Made by a program: the position numbers and the translations under genes. The notes under the pieces are model-generated. The model saw only the letters and a program-made list of their open reading frames with translations, ran no database searches and was not told the origin of the DNA. A stretch of 64,000 nt of DNA, from the NCBI GenBank assembly GCA_041674105.1, contig JBAYWK010000003.1:11971-75970 (forward strand), written 5' to 3'. Below, in pieces: positions 50,057 to 57,743 of the stretch. This DNA comes from Minisyncoccota bacterium. Its GTDB lineage: Bacteria; Patescibacteriota; Minisyncoccia; Phycocordibacterales; DATDWN01. Position 1 is the first letter of the stretch. Every line of letters starts with the position of its first letter.

Positions 50057-50782
50057 ATGTCGCCTGAAGAAAAACAACAAGGAGATTGGTGGGGTAAGTT
50101 TTTTGGTAAAATCATCACGAGTATTATCGTCTTGCCTATCATCATGTGGATCTGGCCGGATGTAGTGCCTTTCGGATTCTTCCAGCTCTGGAAAGTCGAG
50201 GGTACAATGAGCCAGTGGCTCATTTCTTCATGGCCTATATTTGTGTGGGGAGCCGGAGTTACTCTCGTGCATGGTTTCTTCACTCGTAATGAGAGGCACA
50301 TAAATCGTAATGCAGAGCTTATAATCAAAGAAGGTGCTATTGTCAGCATCATTGCAGGGGTTGGAGAGGAGATCACTTTTAGGTGGCTATTCTTCCTTGA
50401 CAATATTGTTTCTGTAAAGATTGCAAACTGGTTCTTTTTTGGTTTTATTGGGTTTGGAATCCCAGCGTGGTTCCATATGTATATTGTTGGACCCATTGCT
50501 AACTGGTTCACTCTTGGGGAACTCGAATCTTTTATTTTCCACTCGACTGGATGGGCCGTAGGGGCAGCGATGCTCACAACGAATGCATTCTTTCGGGACG
50601 GTCATCGATATTTGGGTTTTCTAGGTTTCGTGAATAGCTGGTTTTTGGGAATGTTTCTTTTTTGGATTATGTTCAAGTACGGATTACTTGCAGCGATTCT
50701 TATTCACTTCACTTATGATTTTCTCATCTACCTCGTTCATTATGTAGATTCGGCAATCGAAAGGGCGATGGGATACGCGTAG
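50057..50782 (+). CDS. CPBP-family (CAAX protease / Abi) intramembrane metalloprotease
   Basis: Polytopic membrane protein with GEEITFRWLFF (EExxxR), FHSTGW (FxxxH) and ILIHFTYDF (HxxxD/N) motifs. Confidence 0.7.
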   Translation: MSPEEKQQGDWWGKFFGKIITSIIVLPIIMWIWPDVVPFGFFQLWKVEGTMSQWLISSWPIFVWGAGVTLVHGFFTRNERHINRNAELIIKEGAIVSIIAGVGEEITFRWLFFLDNIVSVKIANWFFFGFIGFGIPAWFHMYIVGPIANWFTLGELESFIFHSTGWAVGAAMLTTNAFFRDGHRYLGFLGFVNSWFLGMFLFWIMFKYGLLAAILIHFTYDFLIYLVHYVDSAIERAMGYA

Positions 50783-50804
50783 TACCGGCTCCTGTCAGTA
50801 ATTC

Positions 50805-50842
50805 AAAAACCGCTCGCACCAAAAGGTGCCGAGCGGTTTTTC
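50805..50842 (+). terminator. Terminator module T2
   Basis: AAAAACCGCTCGCACC-aaaa-GGTGCCGAGCGGTTTTT. Confidence 0.7.
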
Positions 50843-50860
50843 TTATATAAAAATAGACAC

Positions 50861-50890
50861 TTGACTTTCGTATACAAAATGTGCTATAAT
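50861..50890 (+). promoter_or_regulatory. Promoter module B (TTGACT-18-TATAAT, spacer palindrome TTCGTATACAAAA)
   Basis: ACTTGACTTTCGTATACAAAATGTGCTATAAT, then GTAGGAGGT SD and ATG 50911. Confidence 0.6.
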
Positions 50891-50910
50891 CAAGTGTAGG
50901 AGGTTTTTTT

Positions 50911-51318
50911 ATGTCCAACGCTCCCTTATATGAAGGGTTGGAATACAACTTGACGCTCTCTTTCAGCCACCTCTATGGTGACAAGTGGGCCGCTTTCTAT
51001 GGAAAAGAGACCCCTTACCAAAGGCGTCGGATCATCTTTCCTCAGTTCACCCCTGAGGAAGGGAAAGAGTATGCCGTGCGAGTGAAGGTAACAAAGACAG
51101 GAATCTTTACCTATAAAGGTGAAGACTTCCAAGTCTGCAGAGCCGAGCTCGCTGAGGCCGCTACCAAGGGTGAGGTTCTTGTTCATCAGATGTTTAATGG
51201 GCGAGAACCAATGACAGAGATTGGGCTAGCAATGCAAAGAGCGGGAGTTGGGAGTGCAGTCAGTACTGCTCTGGCTGACCAACTCAGGGCTGCCGGTTTC
51301 CGCCAGAGTCGGAAGTAA
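50911..51318 (+). CDS. Hypothetical protein (135 aa), GC-rich
   Basis: Driven by module B, strong SD. No recognisable motifs. Confidence 0.5.
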   Translation: MSNAPLYEGLEYNLTLSFSHLYGDKWAAFYGKETPYQRRRIIFPQFTPEEGKEYAVRVKVTKTGIFTYKGEDFQVCRAELAEAATKGEVLVHQMFNGREPMTEIGLAMQRAGVGSAVSTALADQLRAAGFRQSRK

Positions 51319-51334
51319 CACCGGACAATTTCAT

Positions 51335-51370
51335 AAGGTCGCGCGGATAATCGCGTGACCTTTTCTTTTT
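51335..51370 (+). terminator. Rho-independent terminator T3
   Basis: AAGGTCGCGCG-gataat-CGCGTGACCTT followed by TTCTTTTT. Confidence 0.7.
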
Positions 51371-51417
51371 ACAACCTAAATTTTTTATCATCCCTCAAAT
51401 TTCACCCAAGCTAATTA
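51371..51417 (+). repeat. Cassette-junction motif, copy 2 (ACAACCTAAATTTTTTATCATCCCTCAAATTTCACC...)
   Basis: See 49943..49990. Confidence 0.45.
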
Positions 51418-51429
51418 ATGAATTTCTCA

Positions 51430-51458
51430 TTGAAAAAACCCTAAAAAGGGAGTAGAGT
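51430..51458 (+). promoter_or_regulatory. Putative promoter of the MazG/DUF2075 cluster (TTGAAA-17-TAGAGT). ATG only about 12 nt downstream, so the mRNA may be near-leaderless.
   Basis: TTGAAA 51430-51435 and TAGAGT 51453-51458. No canonical SD before ATG 51470. Confidence 0.35.
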
Positions 51459-51469
51459 TATTGGTAATT

Positions 51470-51817
51470 ATGAGTAATATTAAAGATTTAACAAAAAGGA
51501 TTATAGTTTTTAGAGATGCTAGAGACTGGAAACAATTCCACAATCCAAAAGACCTCGCTTTGTCTTTGGTTTTAGAAGCAACAGAAGTCATGGAACATTT
51601 CCAATGGAAAAATAAAGAGGAGATGGAAGAACATCTAAAGACACACAAAGAAGACGTGGCAGACGAACTTGCTGATACATTATATTGGATTTTATTAATG
51701 GGAAATGATTTTAATATTGATGTTCTAAAAGCCTTAGATAAAAAACTAAAAAAAATTGAAGAAAAATATCCAGTAGAAAAAGCCAAAGGGAGGCATACTA
51801 AGTATAACAAGCTGTAA
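51470..51817 (+). CDS. MazG-like nucleoside-triphosphate pyrophosphohydrolase (small all-alpha NTP-PPase)
   Basis: FRDARDWKQFHNPKDLALSLVLEATEVMEHFQW ... ELADTLYWILLMGNDFNIDV is the MazG/YpjD-like signature. Stop 2 nt before the next gene. Confidence 0.7.
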   Translation: MSNIKDLTKRIIVFRDARDWKQFHNPKDLALSLVLEATEVMEHFQWKNKEEMEEHLKTHKEDVADELADTLYWILLMGNDFNIDVLKALDKKLKKIEEKYPVEKAKGRHTKYNKL

Positions 51818-51818
51818 C

Positions 51819-53858
51819 ATGTCTCAGATCAAATCTTTTAAATTTGATAAAAATAGCTTCAATGAAATCAGAGCCTATCGTTTTGGAAAGAATTGGCCTG
51901 TTGTTTATGTCTTGGAGAATGGTAAAGATGTTTATGTTGGTCAAGCAATAAATGCACATAGGAGACTTAAGCAACATAACGAAAATACAGAAAAACAAAT
52001 ATTGAAATTAAAAACAGCTCATATTTTAAGTGACGATGAATTCAATGTGTCGGCGGCGCTCGATATTGAGTCTTGGCTTATTCAATATATGTCTGCAGAT
52101 CAAGTTTTTACTTTGCATAATAAAAATGGTGGATTAAAAAATCACAACTATTATGATCGACCAAAATATAAAGCAAAATTCGAAGATATCTGGAAGCAAT
52201 TTTTAGAGATGGGGATTGCAAAAAGCACCCTTGAAGATTTAAAGAACACTGACTTATTTAAATATTCACCATACAAATCTCTAACAGAGGATCAGCTTTT
52301 CGTTGCTCGTAAAATTTTTAAAGATCTTAAGTTCGGAAAATCACAATCATATATTGTAAACGGTAGACCAGGAACAGGGAAAACAATTCTTGCCACTTAT
52401 CTTTTTAAATTTTTAAAAGAACAAGATGAGACGAAAAATTTGAAAATGGTACTAGTTGTACCGATGACTTCTCTTAGAACAACAATTAAAAAAGTTTTTG
52501 GGAAAATAAAAGGCCTTAGTAGTTCTATGGTGATTGGCCCAAACGACGTTGCTCGAGGTATCTACGATCTTATAATCGTTGACGAAGCTCACCGGTTACA
52601 GAGAAGAAAAAATATTATGGGTATGGGTGCGTATGATCAAGTTAATACAAGATTAGGTCTTCCAAAAGAAGCGACAAATCTGGATTGGATAATGAAATGT
52701 TCAAAAAATCAAATATTTTTCTATGACGAAAACCAAAGTATAAAACCAGCAGATGTAAGAAAAGAAGATTTTAAGAAACTTAACGCACAGTACTACACAC
52801 TTTCTACTCAAATGCGTGTTGAAGCTGGCGAAGAATATATAGAATTCATTGAAGCATTATTTGATTTGCAAAAGCCAATAAAAACAAATTTTGAAAATTA
52901 TGATTTTAAAATCTACGACAATGTAGAAGAAATGGTTTCTGCTATTAGAGAAAAAGATAAAAAGCACGGGCTTTCTCGTGTTGTTGCTGGATATGCTTGG
53001 CCTTGGCATACAAAGTCCGGATCAAAATCAAAACAAAAATATGATATTGAAATAGGAAATTATAAAGGTATTTGGAATTCTACTGCGACAGACTGGGTTA
53101 ATTCACCAAATGCTATAAATGAAGTTGGTTGCATTCATACAGTCCAAGGTTATGACTTAAATTACATTGGAGTTATTATTGGTCCAGAGTTTGGTTACGA
53201 TATAGAAAATAAAAAATTTTTTGTTGATAGAGAAAAATATCTAGACAGAAACGGCCGAGCGGGAATTCAAGATCCAAAAGAACTTGATGGTTATATAAAA
53301 AATATTTATAAGACTATTCTTACTCGTGGAATAAAAGGAACTTATGTCTATATCGTTGATGAAAATTTAAGAAAATATTTTAAAGAAAAATTGAGAGAGT
53401 CTAAGGAAGACGATATAAAATTAGATTTGAATGAGTTATATGGTGGAAAAGAAGTAGTCTCTCCTTTTACAACAGAAATGATCAGTGTACCTTTGGTAGG
53501 TTCAGCCCCATGTGGGAATCCACTTTTAGGGGAAGAGAATATCGAGGAGTATATTGAAGTTGAAAAAAATAAAATTAAACCAGGAGCAAAATATTTTATA
53601 GTTAGAGCCGAAGGCGATTCTATGAATAAAGCCGGGATTAATGATCAGGATTTAGTATTGTGTCGTTTCTCAGAAAAAGGTGAAACTGGAGATAGAGTTG
53701 TTGCTTTACTTCAGGGTGAGAATGTGACAATAAAATATTATGACAAAAAAGATGGTCGTAGAATATTACTACCAAAAAGTACAAATCCAGAACATCAGCC
53801 GATTATTCCACAAGAAGGAGATGTTGTTCAAGGAATTGTTCAAGAAGTTTTAAAATAA
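51819..53858 (+). CDS. Three-domain fusion: N-terminal GIY-YIG nuclease, central DUF2075-like P-loop ATPase/helicase, C-terminal LexA/UmuD-like S24 self-cleaving peptidase
   Basis: GIY-YIG: VVYVLENGKDVYVGQAINAHRRLKQH. Walker A NGRPGTGKT, Walker B IIVDEAHR, SRVVAGYAWPW. C-terminus PLVGSAPCGNPLL...FIVRAEGDSMNKAGINDQDLVL...VVALLQGENVTIKYY aligns with LexA/UmuD; Ser601 TCT at 53619-53621, Lys639, Cys565-Gly566 at 53511-53516. Confidence 0.75.
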   Translation: MSQIKSFKFDKNSFNEIRAYRFGKNWPVVYVLENGKDVYVGQAINAHRRLKQHNENTEKQILKLKTAHILSDDEFNVSAALDIESWLIQYMSADQVFTLHNKNGGLKNHNYYDRPKYKAKFEDIWKQFLEMGIAKSTLEDLKNTDLFKYSPYKSLTEDQLFVARKIFKDLKFGKSQSYIVNGRPGTGKTILATYLFKFLKEQDETKNLKMVLVVPMTSLRTTIKKVFGKIKGLSSSMVIGPNDVARGIYDLIIVDEAHRLQRRKNIMGMGAYDQVNTRLGLPKEATNLDWIMKCSKNQIFFYDENQSIKPADVRKEDFKKLNAQYYTLSTQMRVEAGEEYIEFIEALFDLQKPIKTNFENYDFKIYDNVEEMVSAIREKDKKHGLSRVVAGYAWPWHTKSGSKSKQKYDIEIGNYKGIWNSTATDWVNSPNAINEVGCIHTVQGYDLNYIGVIIGPEFGYDIENKKFFVDREKYLDRNGRAGIQDPKELDGYIKNIYKTILTRGIKGTYVYIVDENLRKYFKEKLRESKEDDIKLDLNELYGGKEVVSPFTTEMISVPLVGSAPCGNPLLGEENIEEYIEVEKNKIKPGAKYFIVRAEGDSMNKAGINDQDLVLCRFSEKGETGDRVVALLQGENVTIKYYDKKDGRRILLPKSTNPEHQPIIPQEGDVVQGIVQEVLK

Positions 53859-53879
53859 AGTCTGATATATAAGTTAGCC

Positions 53880-54599
53880 ATGGAAGAAAATATAATTAAA
53901 AAAGAATTTCCTGGTAATAGAAAAGATATTTCACCGCGGCATGTAGTAGATGAAAACAAAAAAGATGATTTGCAAACATTTTTTCTGATTCTTGGACTCA
54001 TTTTTAATGATTTAAAAGGGTTAATATTTTTTCAAAAAACTATAGAGGATAATTATAGAAAGCCAAATATTGATGAAACTTCTGTGCATGCCGGAGAATA
54101 TAATGGTTTGATAGCTCAAGCGGATAAATTACTTATTGCAACTGTAGGAGAATTTTTCAAATTTATTGAAAAAAATAAGTTTGTATTGAATAGCATGCCT
54201 TTTAAATTACTTCTTAAGAAAAATAATAATCAGGATTATAAAAATAAGTGGAATGATCTTGTTAGATTAGATGATGGATCTTCTATATTATCAAAAATTT
54301 CACGAGTTAGATCAAATGTAGCTTTTCATTACGATAATTCAATGGAAGAATTAAGAAGAGGTTTTATAAATAGTTTTTATTTGAAAGAAAAAGATTTAGT
54401 CCAACATAAACGAGCTTTTTATTCTTTAGGAAATGATATGGAAAATACTAGAATATATTATTCAGATGCTGCTACACAAAGTTATATAAATTCTCTTATT
54501 GGTATTGATGATAGAGAAAAAATCATGGGAGCTATAAAGAATATGAACTATACAATCCAATGGTTGTTAAAAATATATTTAGATAGTGTTAAAAAATAA
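53880..54599 (+). CDS. Hypothetical protein (239 aa), co-transcribed partner of the fusion protein
   Basis: 22-nt gap after the upstream gene, AT-rich like its neighbours. No recognisable motifs. Confidence 0.5.
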   Translation: MEENIIKKEFPGNRKDISPRHVVDENKKDDLQTFFLILGLIFNDLKGLIFFQKTIEDNYRKPNIDETSVHAGEYNGLIAQADKLLIATVGEFFKFIEKNKFVLNSMPFKLLLKKNNNQDYKNKWNDLVRLDDGSSILSKISRVRSNVAFHYDNSMEELRRGFINSFYLKEKDLVQHKRAFYSLGNDMENTRIYYSDAATQSYINSLIGIDDREKIMGAIKNMNYTIQWLLKIYLDSVKK

Positions 54600-54675
54600 T
54601 TAAGTATATAAACTAAATGTGAATTGATGAAATTCCATTTTTCACTCTTTATAAAAAGTAATGTAAAATAAATTT

Positions 54676-55107
54676 ATGAACAATAAAGATTTATATTTTG
54701 TGGCGGTAAAGGTTTTTATGGAAAAAGATGGAAAACTTTTGATTATGAAAGATAATTTTGGATGTTGGGATTTACCGGGAGGAAGAATTAAATTAGATGA
54801 ATTTGAGACATCTTTGGACGATATTATCAAAAGAAAAATGAAGGAAGAGCTGGGAGAAAATATTGAATACGAAATTGGCAAGCCTGTGATTTTTATGCGC
54901 CATGAAAGAATCGAAAGTTCGCCAGGGAATCCTACTGTTAGGATTTTTGCTGTAGGATATGAAGGAAAATTGTTGGGTGGTGAGATAAAACTTTCGGAAA
55001 GACATACCGAAATGCTTTGGGTAGATCCAGATAATTTCAAACCGGAAGATTATTTCACAGGAGGTTGGCTTAAAGGAGTAAAGGAATATTTAAATTTGAA
55101 AAAATAA
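54676..55107 (+). CDS. NUDIX hydrolase
   Basis: Nudix box GGRIKLDEFETSLDDIIKRKMKEELGENI (Gx5Ex7REUxEExGU). Confidence 0.8.
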   Translation: MNNKDLYFVAVKVFMEKDGKLLIMKDNFGCWDLPGGRIKLDEFETSLDDIIKRKMKEELGENIEYEIGKPVIFMRHERIESSPGNPTVRIFAVGYEGKLLGGEIKLSERHTEMLWVDPDNFKPEDYFTGGWLKGVKEYLNLKK

Positions 55108-55111
55108 ACCT

Positions 55112-55642
55112 ATGGAAAAGCAACCACAACAATTTGATATTGAAAATAGTCCAATGAAGGAAGCTTATAATTTGATTGGTGCAAATAGTCCTAAAGAGTT
55201 AGATAGTCTATATAATAAAGCAGACCAAGAACTGATGAAGTCAAAAGAGTGGGATTATAATAATCCCGATCTAGTTACAAATAGAATAAAAAATATTATT
55301 GAAAATATTGACAAGAATTTACTGACAGAAGAAGAAAAAGACTGGAGGCAAATGATACTTTGGTTTTGGTACCACCACGCTATGAGTGTGGCAATAGGTC
55401 TATTTGGAGATAAAGAAAAAGCAAAAGAATTTGGTGCAAAAGCAATGGAGCTTAACCCTAAAGATAACAGTAATAAAATTACTGAGATTTATTATTTGCT
55501 TTTGAATGATAATCTGGCCAAAGCAGAGGATCTAGTCGGCTCTATCCCAGAAGGACTTCTTGATGATGGAAATCCAAATCCAGAACCACAAACCGCAAGA
55601 GAACTGATTGAAGAATACAAACAAGGTTTGTTTGGGGTTTGA
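55112..55642 (+). CDS. Hypothetical protein (176 aa), 5-nt gap after NUDIX
   Basis: ORF with tight operon spacing. Acidic, predicted helical. Confidence 0.5.
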   Translation: MEKQPQQFDIENSPMKEAYNLIGANSPKELDSLYNKADQELMKSKEWDYNNPDLVTNRIKNIIENIDKNLLTEEEKDWRQMILWFWYHHAMSVAIGLFGDKEKAKEFGAKAMELNPKDNSNKITEIYYLLLNDNLAKAEDLVGSIPEGLLDDGNPNPEPQTARELIEEYKQGLFGV

Positions 55643-55681
55643 ATAAATGGAAAATTATCTAAAAAATGATATTGTGGATTT

Positions 55682-55825
55682 ATGGAAAAGGAATTAAAGA
55701 TTAAAACGCCGGACAAAAAATTGATTTATGGATCTTTTGTTTCTGCTGGTAAAAAGTCTGATAAACTTGTGATTTTTGTTCATGGATTTACTGGTCACAA
55801 AAATGAACACATATTTTTCTCCTGA
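55682..55825 (+). pseudogene. Truncated alpha/beta-hydrolase N-terminal fragment (47 codons)
   Basis: MEKELKIKTPDKKLIYGSFVSAGKKSDKLVIFVHGFTGHKNEHIFFS then stop. HGFTGH is the typical start of an alpha/beta-hydrolase fold. No catalytic core follows. Confidence 0.4.
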
Positions 55826-55980
55826 CAAGCTTTTTTGGTAGATGCTATTTGACTAAACTCTATGGTTTTTCCTTCATCAATTTTGTAATTTCCCAATAAA
55901 TTATTACAGTCAGTTGTTGCTGAAAAATGACCATCTTGTGTAAATGAGAGGACAAAATCTTCTGCTTTATTTGGTGTCAC
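55795..55980 (-). pseudogene. META (HslJ-like) domain fragment, in frame with upstream MliC but separated by two stop codons
   Basis: DCNNLLGNYKIDEGKTIEFSQIASTKKAC matches the META-domain core. GTG start. Stops at 56029-31 and 56017-19 in the shared frame. Confidence 0.4.
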
Positions 55981-56028
55981 TATTTTATTATTTGAATAAA
56001 GAGTTCTTTGGCATTACTACTCTGTATT

Positions 56029-56403
56029 CTATAGAGACATATCTAGTGTTCCTTCACCACCTTTTAAGAGTGGGGCATCTTGAAATACCATTTGACCATC
56101 TATTTCTAAACTAGCTGTTCCTTGATGTTCCCAAAAAATGACTGACTCATTGGGAGAAGTATATCTTGCTCCAGAGCCAGATATAGCTACGTTTAGTTCG
56201 TATTTTTTATTATCAAAGATAACTTCGGCTTTGCTAGAGTCGTTATTATATTGAATAGTAAATTCTTTGCCTGCATCTGCAAAAGTAAAGACATCACTTG
56301 TGTAAGCTATTTTTTCTGCATTGTTTTTTGATGTGAGCCAAAAATAGCCTGCACCTAATAAGATTATAATCACGACTGCAATAAGTAAGTTTTTTGTATT
56401 CAT
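56029..56403 (-). CDS. MliC/PliC-family lysozyme inhibitor, membrane anchored
   Basis: N-terminal TM, then ISGSGARYTSPNESVIFWEHQGTASLEIDG (SGSGARYT...FW...G signature). Confidence 0.6.
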   Translation of the reverse strand: MNTKNLLIAVVIIILLGAGYFWLTSKNNAEKIAYTSDVFTFADAGKEFTIQYNNDSSKAEVIFDNKKYELNVAISGSGARYTSPNESVIFWEHQGTASLEIDGQMVFQDAPLLKGGEGTLDMSL

Positions 56404-56533
56404 ATTTTTTGGGTTACTTATAAAGATAAGGTTAAAACCCTATGTTTCTCATTATAAGAAATATGGTCTACAATAACAAACATTTGACAAAAGCTTTAAA
56501 ATATTTAATTATTCGGTTAGAAGGAGGTGCGAG

Positions 56534-56809
56534 ATGGGACAAAATAATAATGCTTTACCATTCTCTTGGGTAAAGAACAAGTTAAAAGAGAAGAAAAACA
56601 AAGCATTGAGACTTGATAGAAACTCTAAGGAGTATATCGAGGAATGGCTAGAGATTGTTGATTTCATTAGGCGAGTCTTGGAACTTCTACCAGAGGAGAG
56701 CCAAGAGAGACGGGTGATGCTTTATGAACTTGTGACCGCTCTCGTCGAGGGGAACAAGCTAGAGGAAGCTCATGATGCTCTGGATGAGCTAAGGAGGATA
56801 AAAGGTTAG
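56534..56809 (+). CDS. Small hypothetical protein beginning MGQNNN (91 aa)
   Basis: Strong SD GAAGGAGGT. Helical, charged C-terminus. Confidence 0.45.
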   Translation: MGQNNNALPFSWVKNKLKEKKNKALRLDRNSKEYIEEWLEIVDFIRRVLELLPEESQERRVMLYELVTALVEGNKLEEAHDALDELRRIKG

Positions 56810-56849
56810 ACAAGATAGTCGGTTTGGTTTACTCTAAGAAAGGGGGAAC

Positions 56850-56942
56850 ATGAAAGGCTATGGACCGTTTTTTTGTTTCTTTTTTGGTGGCAGTGGTTTA
56901 TTTGCCATCATGATGTTTGTGACGGCTTTCAGCAAGCATTGA
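56850..56942 (+). CDS. Possible 30-aa hydrophobic peptide (not in the ORF track)
   Basis: SD AAAGGGGGA 6 nt before ATG. MKGYGPFFCFFFGGSGLFAIMMFVTAFSKH. Terminator directly downstream. Confidence 0.35.
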   Translation: MKGYGPFFCFFFGGSGLFAIMMFVTAFSKH

Positions 56943-56953
56943 AGGCCAAAACA

Positions 56954-56981
56954 GGTCGGCACGCTTTGTGCCGACCTTTTG
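56954..56981 (+). terminator. Rho-independent terminator
   Basis: GGTCGGCAC-gcttt-GTGCCGACC followed by TTTT. Confidence 0.7.
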
Positions 56982-56994
56982 TTATAATAAAAAT

Positions 56995-57693
56995 ATGAAG
57001 TCAGAAGACATTGTAAGAGATTTAAATAAATTAAAAAATAAAGAAAAAGCTAAAACTTCTTCTGGTTTCTTTAAGACAAAGAAAGGACAGTATGGGTATG
57101 GTGATAAATTTTTGGGAATCACTGTGCCAGAGCAAAGAAAAATTGCTAAAAAATATAAAGAATTAAAACTTTCTGAAATCCAAGAACTTTTAAAATCTCC
57201 TATACACGAAAACCGGTTTACCGCTTTGGAAATTTTGGTTATGAAATATGAGAACTCCCAAAATAAGGAAAAAGAAAAGATAGCTAAATTTTATTTAAAA
57301 AATACAAAAAATATAAATAATTGGGATTTGGTAGACGCATCAGCAAGCTATATTTTGGGAGATTTTTTGTATAAAAAAGACAGAGGAGTGCTTTACAAGC
57401 TAGTAAAGTCTGAAAATCTATGGGAGAGAAGAATTGCTGTAGTTTCTACATATTATTTTATAAAAAGAGGGGATTTTAAAGACATAATAAAATTGTCAGA
57501 AATTCTTTTAAAAGATAAGCACGATCTTATCCAAAAAGCTGTCGGCTGGATGCTACGCGAAGCCGGTAAGAGAGATCAAAAAGTTTTACTTTCTTTTTTA
57601 GACAAAAATCACAAAGAAATGCCTAGAACCATGCTTAGGTATTCTTTAGAAAAACTAAGTACTAAACAGAAAAATTTTTATATGAAAAAATAA
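56995..57693 (+). CDS. AlkD-like HEAT-repeat DNA alkylation-repair glycosylase family protein
   Basis: NWDLVDASASYILG and QKAVGWMLREAGKRD are characteristic of the DNA_alkylation family. Start re-set to MKSEDIV. Confidence 0.7.
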   Translation: MKSEDIVRDLNKLKNKEKAKTSSGFFKTKKGQYGYGDKFLGITVPEQRKIAKKYKELKLSEIQELLKSPIHENRFTALEILVMKYENSQNKEKEKIAKFYLKNTKNINNWDLVDASASYILGDFLYKKDRGVLYKLVKSENLWERRIAVVSTYYFIKRGDFKDIIKLSEILLKDKHDLIQKAVGWMLREAGKRDQKVLLSFLDKNHKEMPRTMLRYSLEKLSTKQKNFYMKK

Positions 57694-57743
57694 TACACAT
57701 CTTTTGTGGATAAGGATATTTAAATCGTATATACTTAAGCTGT

